NCBI GenBank assembly: GCA_965153355.1
Contig: OZ231126.1
Span: forward strand, 49,910,001-49,974,000
Source: Flaccisagitta enflata
Taxonomy: Eukaryota
Reading direction: 5' to 3'
Length of the DNA: 64,000 nucleotides
In this document: in pieces, positions 30,568 to 46,913 of the stretch
Numbering within the stretch: the first letter of the stretch is position 1
Layout: every line of letters begins with the position of its first letter
Position numbers and translations under genes: made by a program
Notes under the pieces: generated by a model
Databases searched by the model: none
What the model saw: only the letters and a program-made list of their open reading frames with translations
What the model was told of the DNA's origin: nothing

Positions 30568-31697
30568 ACCATAAGTGAGCAGTCAGAGAGCCATCCGGAA
30601 CTCTTCCCGCCCATTATGATCCCTAGATTCTGCTTGAAAATGCTACCAAAAGCCTTAATAAATGTGTTACGAACTAGGTAGTCTATCATATCCAGAATCT
30701 CATCAATTGAATAGACAACGCCCTCAGAGTTAGAAGAAACCCACCAGGCCTTCTCATGACCTATTCTAATCAATCTCATACCACTGTTCTTGCTAAGCTT
30801 ATTAATCAGCCAAACCATGTTACCTATCAAATGATCATGGTCAAAAAGGGTGTATAAGGTAGAAAAATCATTTATAGAGATAGTCTCCGCCTGACCATTT
30901 GCCTTACTAAACATTTCCTTCACTTCTAAACTCGTCTGAACATCGAAAAAGTACCTGATACCTGAGAATTCTGTATTCTTATTACAAAGATTCTTAAAGT
31001 GTCCCTTACACATCTTCAAGACACTAGCAACAATTCTATCAAGTCTCGAAGTAACAACGCTAACATTACCTGCAATATAGCGCATCTTAGGAGGGTTCTT
31101 ATGAAACTTAGGGGTCTGGTATAACAAAGCCAACCTTTCCTCTCTAATATTGGGAGTTATCCTGAACTGTGAAAGGTCAGCCTTGATCCTTGTTATAATC
31201 GTATCCTCAGAATCCGAAGAGAAGCCATAGGTCTCATTACACGGGATGTCATTATTCAAACCTAACTCTTCTGCTAACTCGAGAAAATAGAATTTCTTAC
31301 ATGTAAACGCGAAATTACAGGCCGCCTTATCTACAACAGTAATGACATAGTTCTCCTGAAGTCTGGATAGCTCATCCTTACAACCTCGCTGCAATAGAAC
31401 TGGTTTTCTATAGTTAACCCTGCCATAACATGACATTAGCTTACTATTGAAATTGCTCAACAAAGACTTCTTCCAAAATTTGAAAGCAGCACGTGATATC
31501 TTAAATTTACCAGCCATCTTAATAGCAAAGCTGTCAGTATCTTTCTTCATTTGTTCCCTAATCTTATTCAAGTCTAAATACGGGTTCTCGCGAAACTTAA
31601 AACCGAAAGAACATACCTCACGTAGTTGAGGATCACCAATGATACATAAATCGCCAGTGTTGACATGTCCAAAATGATCATGACTAATATCCTTCTT
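30568..31697 (-). CDS. Naiad-type PLE reverse transcriptase, N-terminal fragment
   Basis: Open frame from KDISHDHFGHVNTGD to SDCSLMV; joins the 29558-30148 ORF in frame once the insertion is removed. Confidence 0.8.
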
Positions 31698-32381
31698 TTA
31701 AGACAAATCTGGTCATTTTTGCTTGATTCGTTAAGAAATGACAATGATTTTAAGTCACAGTGTCATTGAATCTATCTTTAAAAAATCCTCTTAAGGAGTT
31801 TATCTCATTTTCATTCAAAATCATGTGGAAGCCAAACGGCTTGAGCTAGTCCTATGAAATTTTGCATGAACAAATGGTAGGTTATTTGCTTTTTGGCAAA
31901 TCCAATCTGAATTTCCAAAAATATATACTTCAGACGCAATAAAGCTTTTGCTGGTAACACTCGATTTTGAGAGCAGGGTATCATAATGACAAAACAGGTG
32001 TGTAAACTTGTTGTTTCAATGGATAACAAGAAAAGATACTTATCAGGGCTGTCGGAATAAGATTGGTTATCACACTTGAACTGGGTGTTGACGGCCCCAA
32101 GTATTTTGCCCACCATATGCGAGGAAACATTTGAATACACGCTTCAAAAAACATCAACGCGATTAAAGGTAGTAAATGGAGCGCAGAGCGGCAAACAGCG
32201 GCTGAGGTCGGCAAATGTTGGAGTATTATGTTTTTTACCTTTCCAGGTTATTTGATTCTAGAAAGTCGAAGCTTTCTGGCATGAATCCACGATTCGCCTG
32301 TGGTAACTTTTTTAGAGCAAGGTATCACGGATCTGAAAGTTAAAAAAATGAAAAAAATGTTAGTCCCTAAAAGGAGACATC

Positions 32382-32690
32382 TTTTTAGACGCGTCCGTTA
32401 GGAACGCAGCTCTATAAGGGGGGTTGTCCGTCCGTCGGTCCGTTTGTTCGTCCGTCCGTCCGTCCGTAACGCCTGTGCGAAAATCGCGTTTCTCGGCTGA
32501 TTTAGGCCACCGTGAGATCCTATACTGAATCTAATGCTCAACAAACGTGTTTTGAGAGCCTCCATTGCTACTCAGTCGCTTCATCTGCCTGTCCATCTGT
32601 ATCTCCATATATGTCACATAAATAATTAGCGCTAAAGTCAATACACGCAGAGACACAGTCCGGACGCCTCGTTGTCCGGTCGGGCATGTT
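32382..32690 (+). mobile_element. HINE-like family C element
   Basis: TTTTTAGACGCGTCC ... (GTCC)n ... GGACGCCTCGTTGTCCGGTCGGGCATGTT. Confidence 0.55.
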
Positions 32691-34076
32691 ATTTCCTGTA
32701 TAAAGGAAACCCGCCTATGACATGCACAATTTGTGTTTAACTGTTTAGTTTTTTTCTCTTCTGAGGTCCCATTTGAAAAGCGTCGGATTACTTTCAGACG
32801 GGGATATGAACCCCCTCTCTGTCTGCTCCCCCACCCTCCCTCTTGCATCGCGTCATCTTCTCTCACTCTTTAAGGCTTGTCGCTCTTCTTCCTCTTCCCC
32901 CTCCCCAATAGACAGAGGCATTAACGAATGCATTATTACAGAGAGAAGGCCCAACGTAAGCGACTCAATAATATACACCCCTGCTAACTTCATAAGCTGC
33001 TACATGAGCCTTATCAATTGACACAGACCTCACACTTTTATCAGCGAAATTACTCTCATGACTTAAACGCCGACACACCCTCCTAGTCACTGGCTTATTA
33101 AGGTGTGTCTATTGGTAGGGCTGTCCGTCCACAGGCAGGTTCGTAGGTCAGAACTGCGATTTTTTGATGACGCGAAATCGACTGATATAGTGGAGGCTGC
33201 TCCTACTCAACCACAACCGACTACTTGTTAGTTCTGGGCTGTGGGCTGTGGCTGTACTCGTTTGCTGTAAAATACGTGCATATAGACGCGGATATATCAC
33301 CTTTCGCTATTGTACACGTGGATAAAGCAAGCTTTATGCGACACATAACAGTCAGACAACTGCTTTAAGTGTCAGGAACAAAGCTATGTTTTTTTTCTGG
33401 CATTTAATCGATTTGTTCAGCGTAACAACCGTACGCCGAATACAATACAACATAGCGATATTGCACCCTGTTGCCTAGTTGTGGTTGGTCGGAATTGGTA
33501 TTTCTTTGATTTCTATATTTGATGTTCGTAGAAGTTTATCGTTTTGTCAGACGTTTCCTGTCGCCATGATTTAACTGCGTTCTCCTCCTTCTTTATGTCT
33601 TTTTTTCAATTCCTCTCCTTCATTTTCTTTTTCTTTTTCTTTTTCTTTTTCTTTTTCTTTTTCTTTTTCTTTTTCTTTTTCTTTTTCTTTTTCTTTTTCT
33701 TTTCCTTTTTCTCCATCTTCATTTTCTTATTCATTTTCTCCTTCCTCTTATTTTTGATGACATTGGCGCAGATTCTTGGTTCCCCTACTTAAGCTGTAAC
33801 CTTTTTACATCTTCTTAGGTTCCTTCCTTCGTGCTTTGATTCTTTCTCTCTTTCTCTGTCTCTATCTGTGTGTCTGTTTGTCTATCTATCAATATCCGTC
33901 TGTGTATGTGTCTTTGTAAGTCTCTTTATCTCTCTCCTTCTCTGTTTCTCTCTGTGTTCTTCATTCGCTCTCCCTCTGGTACTGTCTCTTTATCTGTTTG
34001 TCTGCCTGTCTGTCTGTGTTTGTCTGTCTATTTGTGTCTGTCTGTCGGTCTCTTTCTGTCTGTCTGTTCGTCTGCC

Positions 34077-34124
<48 letters not shown>

Positions 34125-34247
34125 AAGCACGATAGTTTCCCCCTCCTTAGCTATTCATTTTCAACGTTTAACGGCTGCCTCCGTCAACGTCTCTCTTTTT
34201 TGGGTCCTATTGTGAATTCACGTTGGAACCAAGACTCAGTATCAGAG

Positions 34248-34409
<162 letters not shown>

Positions 34410-35985
34410 TCTATGATAGGGCGTGTCCGTAGGTAACGCAAAATAGACTGAAATATTGATTTTAGCGCATTATTGCCCCCTGCCCAGCCACATGACAGCC
34501 CCCACCCTACCCCATATAATGCCCCTGCTCTCCTGCTCACCCGCCAGCGACTACTTATTGGCCATGTATCCGGACATGTTTGGAAGTGTCTTTAAAGTTT
34601 ATGTTACTAATGGAGTAACAAGGCCGGAAACACGGTAAATAAGTAGACGCATGCGGGTGGGCAGGGGCAGTAATACAAGTGGGCAGCGGCAGTATGTGGC
34701 AGGACGGGGGCTGTAATGAGAATGGCCGGGAGCATGAATGCTCAGATATTACTTTTTTTGCCAATTTCGCGTCGAGGACCGACAGACCCACAGATGCTTA
34801 GCGAGCTTAGCAAGCTTAGCAAGCGACTTATAATCAAAATTAGTAGTATCAGTTTTAGTTAAGGCCTTCATGGGCTCCAATAAAAGATGACAAAAATTAC
34901 TACACTTGTCATGGCGTACTGTAATTCCTAAAGATCTTGAACGAGGGAGTATCAATCACTCATTTTTGTTTTCTTGTTTCCACTTATGCGGCCCTACATA
35001 CTCTAGCGTTCTATAGCTTTAGAAAAAATATATGGATGACGCTTTCGCGGTCACCCCAAAAGGTCACTGATCTCATTATGCATATTGAATTAGAGGTTCG
35101 TTACTATTGACTTCAGCGGAAAACGAAGCCTTTACCAAGTACAACACCGATGAAGAAAGATAACGATTCTGCCCTATGCAGTCAGTGCTCAAAATAATGT
35201 TACAAAATATTCCTTGTCACAGTGTTAAGTCTAAGCATTCAAAATTATCAGTTACATTGAACAGACAAAATTGTCAATGTTTAGATCATATTACAGAACA
35301 AATGAAAGCCACTTGTGAGGGATTTAACAAGGATGATCAAATCGAGGTTTCTGAGGCAAAATTGTCGGAGAATTAAAATCATCTTGTTGTTACAGTCCTA
35401 CTACCAAAGAAGAACTGCCCAACTTATAGATGAACACCGGATTGGAACTTAATATAAATAAGGAAATTCTATTCAATGAGGCTCTTTTCCATAAAAACAA
35501 GTTCCAGTTTGTTGAGAAATGTAGTCTCTACCATTTTGTTCACAAACCGAGCGAGGACCGAGGTAGAAATAGTAGCACCTGCGGTAGTAGTTTATTGGAT
35601 TAGTTTCCTAATGGTGAGTAATTGAGCTTGGTAAAAATGGAAATTCTCAGAAAGATCGCTGATAAGCGCAAGGGTAGAAGGAAAGAAGAAAAGATTAGGG
35701 TACAATGGTACAACAGAGATCTACAAATACAAGTCAAGGTTGCATGAAGAAAACAGTCTACCTTTAAATCCAAAGGACTGATCAATCGATAGATAAAGAA
35801 TAGAACAAATAACGCAGTATTACAATATCGTCACCGATTAAGAGGGGGGGGGGGGCAGCGACGGAAATGTGCGTTTATACACTTGTTGAATCAATCATTA
35901 TGGAATATGGATACTATCATTGGATAGCCTAATGGGCTGACGAAACAACGGATCGATGGACAGACAGACAAACCTTCATTTAGCG

Positions 35986-36168
35986 TCGCGATTCCGCGAG
36001 TCCGCGATTCCGCGAGTCCGCGATTCCGCGAGTCCGCGCGTCCGCGAGTCCGCAAGTCCGCGAGTCCGCGAGTCCGCGAGTCCGCGAGTCCGCGAGCCCG
36101 CGAGTCCGCGAGCCCGCGAGTCCGCGAGTCCGCGAGTCCGCGAGTCCGCGAGTCCGCGAGTTCGCGAC
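35986..36168. repeat. 8-bp minisatellite (TCCGCGAG)n at a HINE terminus
   Basis: ~22 tandem units, versus ~8 in the duplicate at 60959-61022. Confidence 0.9.
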
Positions 36169-36387
36169 TAAATAAGGCCATATACACTCCCCCTAAGTCC
36201 CGCATAAACGTGGGCAGGAGTGGAAAACAGAAATGTGACGGACCGACCGACGGACCGACCAACCGATCGTTATTCTATCCTTGTTCAAAGGAAAGTATGA
36301 CAAGAATAAAAGAAAACAGACAAGAGAAAAGGTCAAAGTGGGTCGGTTAAAAAAATGAAGCGGGTGAAAATTGAGAGAACCGGGAAA

Positions 36388-36680
36388 GATGTAAAAAGCA
36401 TTAGCCAAAGAGTAGCGAGGAAAGTAGAAGAAAGAGAAGAAGAAGAGAGAAGAAAAAAAAAGTGGGAGAGATGTAAAAAGCATTAGCCAAAGAGTAGCGA
36501 GGAAAGTAGAAGATAGAGAAGAAGAAGAGAGAAGAAAAAAAGAAGTGGGAGAGATGTAAAAAGCATTAGCCAAAGAGTAGCGAGGAAAGTAGAAGATAGA
36601 GAAGAAGAAGAGAGAAGAAAAAAAGAAGTGGGACAGATGTAAAAAGCATTAGCCAAAGAGTAGCGAGGAAAGCAGAAGAA
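36388..36680. repeat. ~80-bp tandem repeat (GATGTAAAAAGCATTAGCCAAAGAGTAGCGAGG...) x4
   Basis: Units start near 36388, 36470, 36553 and 36637; collapsed to about one unit in the inverted duplicate. Confidence 0.85.
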
Positions 36681-37158
36681 AGAGGCAGGGGTGTATAAAA
36701 TTGATTCCCCCCTGCCTTGATTTTCTTCCCCATGAAGCAAAAGATCAGTGTAGTTAAATTGTGTTTTAGTAATCAGTTTTATTTTATCAGTTTTATTTTT
36801 TTATGATTTGGTACTGCCAAAAGTTTTATTTTCCCAAATTTTCTTTTTTTCTTTTTTTTCCCACTTTGATTTCCTTCCCCATCTCCAAACCCTTTGATTC
36901 CCCCCCCCCTCCCCCGTGGGGGTCAATTATATACAGGCCTGGAAAGAGGTGAAGAAGAGAGGAGAAAAAGAGAAGTGAGAGAGATGTAAAAAGCATTAGC
37001 CAAAGGCAAAGAATAGCGAGTAAAGTGGAAGAAAGAGGAGAGGATGAGAGAAGAAAAGTGGGAGAGAAGATCTCACTGAGAGGATTATCCAACAGAGCCT
37101 CGGGGGCCATATAAGCGATAAGAACTTCCTTGCTGGGATGAGACCCCTAAGTTTATGA

Positions 37159-37261
<103 letters not shown>

Positions 37262-38908
37262 ACAAAAAAAAGTAGAGAACATGAGGAGAAGAAAAATACT
37301 GATAGATAGGAATGAGGGAGGAAAGAAGAAAAATAAAAATATAAAAACTCGACTTGATAAAGAATGAGGAGTAAGTGCCAAGGAGGCAAAAACTACAACT
37401 TACTTGCCCCTAAAAATGAGGGGCCGAGTAGGCCAATGGGAACTCCAGAGTCCAGATCCTCTTTCGCTCTGTTACCGGACGTCCAAACCCATCATTATAA
37501 GAGATGTATATCAAAGAGACTCATATATCAGATATTCCGTGGACATGATTTCTTATAGACGTTCAAGGGGGGCTTGTAAGAATATGGAAAGAACGATGGA
37601 AAGAAAGAAAGAAAGAAGGGAGATGGAAAAGCTAAACAAGGAGTATGAATGGTGAACCAAAAAAGAAAAGACAGATGGGATGATAGCGAAAAAGTGATAT
37701 GGGAAATGGTGTAATACTCGTAAAAACAAGATTGGTCACTAGAACGTGAATCTGCCCGGGCGGGATTGGGTAAAGAACATCAAGAGTAATGGAGAATGTA
37801 AATGAGTTCTTGGCCCGCTGATGCCACGGATCAAAAATGGTCGTAGTACCTTATCAAAAAAGCATAACGAGTCACGACCGGAGGAGACGGAAGACGCAGA
37901 CGTGGATGTGGCAACGAGGATGTGAAAAAAAGATCAAAGGATAACAAGGCCGGATACACGGCAATCCAGTCACGGACGGTAGAGCAGGAGCAGTAATGCA
38001 AAAAAAAAAAAAAAAAAACGCTCGCAATTTCAAATAAGATGGACCGACGAACCAATGGATGGACGGACCGACCTAATGGACGGATGGACTGACACGGACT
38101 AAAAACTGTTGATGAGTCTATAAAATGCATAATGATGACTGGTTTTGATACTTACAGAAAATAATTGACACTTAAAGAAAATAATTGAATTATGTCTGTT
38201 CTTAGTTGTCTGGTCTTAGTTGTCTGTTCTTAGTTGCAGTCTGTTCTTAGTTGCAGACAAGCGACTTGTTAATCTTCGGTATTTGTCCATCCATTCAGTC
38301 TATCCATTCATCCATTCAATCATCCATTCAATCATCCATCCATCCATTCATTCTTTTGTGAATCTTTTGTGAATCTTTTGACATAATCTAGCTAGGTGGA
38401 TGGTTAATGTGGAAAATTAGTATCATTATGATCGTTGATATCTAGCAGCAACTGTTAGCAGTTATATCTTTTTAATGAAGTTAAAGAGGGGTACCAAACG
38501 ATGCAAATTTTTGATCACGATGACTACTTTAAAGGATAAAAGACAAATAGATATGTGACCTTCATGAAGTCTCAACAAAACATGGAAGTACAGCGAAAGA
38601 GATAAAAATCCAGTCCATAAACGTACGAATAAAAATTACAGAGTAAATTGCTTTGGGCTATTTGTCCGTCAGACCGACCATTTGGCCAACAATCCAAACG
38701 ACTGAAAAAAACTTAGTTCCGCGTGCCCAGAGCGGGAATTGGGTTTTCTTTGGCTCACAAGACTGTGTTCTCTTCGGCGTATGTGAAAAAGAATCCTGGC
38801 AGATATAAAGGAAGGACAGAGCTCTTTGAGTCAAGGATGAGAGAAACCAAATGACGGGTACCAAAACCAGCGCCTTGGATGCGGAACGTAACTGCTGATG
38901 GAGGAAAG

Positions 38909-39002
<94 letters not shown>

Positions 39003-39543
39003 CAGAGAGAGAGAGACAGAGAGACAGAGACAGAGAGACAGAGACAGAGAGAGAGACAGACTGACAGACAGACAGACAAGCAGACAGCGAGATTGTGTGA
39101 CAAAAGGAAAAAAAAAAGAAGACAAACACACAGACAGACAGACAGACAGACAGACAGAGAGCCAGACAGATAGACACACAGATAGACAGACAATCACACA
39201 GTGAGATTGCGTAAAAAAAAGAAAGGAAAAAAGAAAGAAGAAGAAGAAGTCGAAAAGAAGAAGAAAAAGAAGAAGATCATGATGATGATTATTATGATGA
39301 AGAAGATGGAGGAGAAGAAGAAGAGGAAGTATGACATGATGAAGACTAGAAAGAGTGAAAAGAAGAAAGAAGGAACAAGTGAAGAAGAAGAAGAAGCATG
39401 ACATGGTAAAGGCTAGAAAGAAAAAAAGGAAGAAGGAACGAGTGCGAAAGCCAGAAAGATGAGATTTAGAAGCATCATTTCACCGCGGTTTAATGAATTT
39501 TTACGATGGACGTAAACACAGTTGAGACGCAAAGCTCACTCTG

Positions 39544-39604
<61 letters not shown>

Positions 39605-40632
39605 CTCTTATGACAGCGTGCCCACTACGTTGGTGAGAGCCAGGCCTCTTGATTCTTCTTCTCTGCCGAGAAGCAAAATTCTTTCCTGCAAAGCTGCCGA
39701 CCAGAAAAGTGAAGCCCCCGCCCATCGCACTCTATGGCAGTTAGACACCTACCTTACTTACCACACTCATAAAGCTCTCAGAACTCACTAAGCGGTGAAC
39801 AAATTCACGTCTAGACATGAGTCCGGAAAATACCCACTTTCTCAGATTTCAGATGCTATAATTTCATAATGATTGCATCTAATAGCTTAAAATTTGAGCC
39901 TTATACTCAGAATTTCATACTCTTTTAGATCATATAAAAAAAGATATTCTAATAATCAAAATGTGTTCAACTATGTTAATTTTATCATAATCAGAGTAAC
40001 ATAAGTGTAACAGGGTGTTAACATATTAAGTCACTCTCTTTAAAAATCAATATCTCCAGCTAGAATTGACATTAAGGTCTGAAATTTTGCTTGTAACTTG
40101 GGTTATGTATGTACTAAAGGGGGAAAAAAGAAATTTTACATAATACCTAAGATTGTGTCATTTAAAGTATAGTATACTACTATGTGTCAAAATCAAATAA
40201 ATCCTCAATTTAGACAAATCAACAAAAAGTCAAATTTTACTATACTAAATGACAACTGGTCACTATGAAATCTTTAGTTCTTCTGTAGGGATTGCAATTA
40301 AACAAAAATAACCTATAGTTGGGTAGGTTTAATGATTTTTTGATGTCTTTTTCATCGTGGTTTTGAGTGTGACATCAGTGTGACATAAAAAAGGGGGTGA
40401 TTTTGGCCTATTTTTTGCTACAAAACCTATCAAAATTTTAAGTATGAAGGATACTAGCTAGGCACTTAATTCCAGATAATGCTTCTATCATGAAAAAAAA
40501 GTATTAGCATAACAAAAACATTTTTTTTGCCTGTTACATCATGAATTTCAGCTGGGCTGGTTTATTGTGGAAATGACCTCTAGGGTATTTCAGGGTACTT
40601 TAGGGTACTTGAGTTTTCGAGGTACTTAGGGT

Positions 40633-43345
<2,713 letters not shown>

Positions 43346-43673
43346 GTTGATCTGTTGTCATGATTGTTATCCTTTTCCACCCTTCGATTATGTGTTGGCG
43401 AACATCCTTACTCCCCTTCACAGTCCTTGATTCTCACATTTCTCTGGGGAGATTCCTCCCCTAATCCTCCTCCGTCTTCTGCTTTCTTTGAATATTTCTT
43501 TTTTCCTTTACATTTTTTCTTTTCTCTCGTTCTCTCTGATGTTTGTTCTTTTCTTACTTCTTACTTTATTTACTTCTTACTCTTTCTTTCATTCCTTCTT
43601 TATTTCTTCCATTCCTTCTTTATTTCTTCCATTCCTTCGTTATTTCTTTCATTCATTCATTCATTCATTCTTC

Positions 43674-43743
<70 letters not shown>

Positions 43744-44216
43744 ACAACAAGCAAAAATCTTAGAACGATAGGCTAATGGTCCTGCCCACCATGAACATTT
43801 ATTGTAGAAAGGGGAGTCTAGGTTGCTCGCTTGCAAGGAAAGCGATCAAAATCTTATTCCGTTTGTTCACTTTTAGTTTTTGTTTTTATTTTCATTTTTA
43901 TTTTTATTTTTATTTTTTTGCCGCACAAAAAAGTAATTTGAGAAATTAGAAAGCTCGGAAAAATTGAGGGTAACAACCTTTATGAAAGCTCTTGGAGTGG
44001 ATCCCAGGGTTTTGTCAGTTGTCTACCTCCACCAGCTCCTCTCTCCCCCTCCATCCCCCCTTCTATCTATTCAGCCAACTGTTCTTATTCTGCCCTCTTG
44101 TCTTCCTCTCTCAAACCTCGGCCCCGGCCGGATGGGGCGCTGGAAAGAAAAATGATTCGTGCCCAAAAGTGGAAAGATTAAATTGGTGGTCGCTCTCACC
44201 ACGAGGAGTGCGTGGC

Positions 44217-44333
<117 letters not shown>

Positions 44334-45037
44334 AACAGAAAGTCAGTGTCAGATAGACAGAAGATATAAGAGAGAGGCAGAGACAGTGACAGAAACAGAC
44401 AGAGACAGAGGGACAGCGACAGGGAAAACAGAGAGATAGGAGGGAGGAACAGAGACGGGAGCAGACGAGAGTAAAGAGGAAGAGTAAAAGAATAATGTAC
44501 ACCAAAAGTGAAGCGAGCACGTGCTCGCAGACCGACCGGCAGACAAATCGACAGACGGACAGATGGAAGTTCAGACGTGGCCTCTCAATGCCCCTTCATG
44601 CGGTCACGTCGACAAAATTAATAAGTGCGAATGAGAGCATAGATAGAGAGAGAGGAGAAAAAAGACTGAAATATGGATAGACAGGCAGGGGAAAATAAGA
44701 GGATAGAATAAAAGATTTAAAAGGGATAAAGAGGTAACGATATTGTTTTTCGTTGATTGTCTTTAATTCTATCGAGCAGATGGATTTCCCCAAATTGAAT
44801 TTTTCAAAATCATATTTGAAAAAAAATCATACATGAATTTTCATAAAACCCGCACATCATCAACTAGATTCTATCAAGTGAAATGTTCAGCATTTCTCAA
44901 TGGCGTTTTGATTGATTCAACACTTATAAGTAATAGGTAACCTGCGCAAACATCGACCCGGATTGGACAGACTGACCGAGACTCCTTCCTGCATCGTTGA
45001 TCCGATATCTAGTGTGCAACACCGAGACAGACCGCCG

Positions 45038-45124
<87 letters not shown>

Positions 45125-45269
45125 TCACCAAAACAGAGCGCCGATACACAATGGGGATTACTAAGAAGGAGAAGAAAGGGAGAGGTCGAGGAGAGACAAT
45201 GGAAAGAAGGAAGTGTGAATGGAGAATGGGTAAAAAAAGTCGGAGAGACAGAGAGAAAGAGAAAGCGAG

Positions 45270-45377
<108 letters not shown>

Positions 45378-46636
45378 GTTCGATTTTTCAAAATTGATAG
45401 CAGTAGAAGAACAGACAAAAGAGGTTTGATGACAAGCTCATGCTCATGCCATGGACGAATTCTTCATGTCTGGATTAAAACAACCAGTTAAAAAGTCTCC
45501 TGTCTCCAATAAATCCCATTTCTTCTTCTTCTGTCTCAATTCGAATTTTTTCTAATTTTCACCTAACATTTTTTTTCCATTGGAATAAAAACGGTCTCAG
45601 AAATAGATTTCTCTGAATCCGAATTTATTATTTAGTAATAATAATAGTGAATCGTATCGGAAATCGATATCTAGCTATATCTAATAATAGATATATAACT
45701 ATCTCTTCTCGTATCTATTGGAGACGAGAATCACCTTGATCGTGTAGTAGATCGTATCTAGTTTGTACGACCTGGATCGTCAGAGGTTAGTAATAGGAGG
45801 AGACGAGGAAGATAGGCACCCCTTTTGGAGGGTAGATTGAGCCACAACATCACATATCGGGTTATAGATTCGCGTGCACGCGACTAAAAGAGAAATAAAA
45901 GCATATTATAATTATTCTTCGGTTTCGCGCAATTTGAGTCATTTCGATCAGGTAATCTTTGTACTCAGAGCGAGCCCGTATGTGCGAAAGAATCAATCGA
46001 GTGTGCCATGGCACTGGTAATGGTATTTCTATGTCACGGAGAGACCAAATGACATCTCCAAACGAATTACCGACCGGCAAATTTTTTGTTCGGAACGACC
46101 CACGGAACAAAATGACATGAACATTCAGGTCTTCCATCAATTTGGCACACCTACAATTTCAGAGGATCTCGCTCCCCCAATAATATTCATACATGAATAG
46201 AGGGACATCTACATCATCTGCTGTTGGCTGTAGAATCAAATTTGCGGTTCGATAGTAGAATCATCTGCACAATCTAGTAATTGAAAATGATATGATTTTT
46301 ATAAAGTTTCTACCAAAATGAAATTCATACGGTAATTAGCAAATCAACCGGATTGAATTTATAATCTACTCCTTGTTAATGAGTATGTCGGTCAGTCGGT
46401 CGGTCGGTTGGTCGGTCGGTAAGTCGGTCGGTCTGTCCGTCCATCTGCGTTAGCTTCTTCGGCGTTATGGGCAGTTTCTGCATTACTGCTCCTGCCCAAA
46501 TGCTTGGGTTAGCCTTTTTGATCATTGCCCCTTTCCACTCGCATGTGACTTCAGTAGCCTTGTTTTACGGTATTAAAGATATGCGCTTGCGGTCGACCGA
46601 ATTACCCAAACGGAATCATAAGGATGTGCGAGGTCC

Positions 46637-46913
46637 TTAAGGTCATTTCCACAATAAACCGGCCCGGCGGAAATCCATGATATAATAGGCAAGAAAACAT
46701 TTTTTTTTACTGCTAATCATTTTGTTGTTCAAGAAAGCTGTTATAAGACATTACCTGGGATCAAGTGCCAAACTACCTTCCTTCATATTTGAGATTTTGA
46801 TATGCTATGTAGCCAATAACAGGGCAAAATCAGCACATTTTCACGGTCACATTTGATGTCACACTCAAAACCACTATGGTAAAGGCATCAAAAAATCATC
46901 AAGCCTACCCAAC
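46637..46913 (+). mobile_element. terminal fragment of a TTAA-GG element (Kolobok-like?) interrupted by the LTR element
   Basis: Reverse-complement match to 40318-40580; the match stops exactly where TGTTAGA begins. Confidence 0.5.

Larger units (their letters stand above)
28790..31697 (-). mobile_element. 5'-truncated Penelope-like retroelement, Naiad-type (RT at C-terminus)
   Basis: HFGHVNTGDL..LR..GFKFRE, DKA..N, PKFHKNPPKMRYIAG, DFSTLYT, GIIMG, RYRDD, IYPPSLTL, FYGQVLRF..C; RT runs to the stop with no C-terminal GIY-YIG; boundaries approximate. Confidence 0.8.
28312..31978. mobile_element. TA-flanked TIR element hosting the Penelope-like insertion
   Basis: TA-CCCTGCTTTCAAAATCGAGTGTTACCAGC ... 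GCTGGTAACACTCGATTTTGAGAGCAGGG-TA; ~130-bp inverted arms. Confidence 0.75.

Noticed and set aside
32247-32321. Exon-like segment (TTTCCAG...CAAG|GTATC) as the next TMTC exon
   Set aside because: The phase-0 frame hits a stop immediately and no frame encodes SHKSYRP
35100-35460. Short ORFs conserved between the inverted copies
   Set aside because: Frames and stops differ between copies; the conservation reflects the duplication only
36388-36680. Regularly spaced repeats as a CRISPR-like array
   Set aside because: Spacers are near-identical, the context is eukaryotic and there are no cas genes; simple minisatellite
45862-46270. Coding-looking minus-strand stretch (YYRTANLILQ...MEDLNVHVILF...)
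   Set aside because: Interrupted by TGA codons with no recognisable family; cannot be supported without a search
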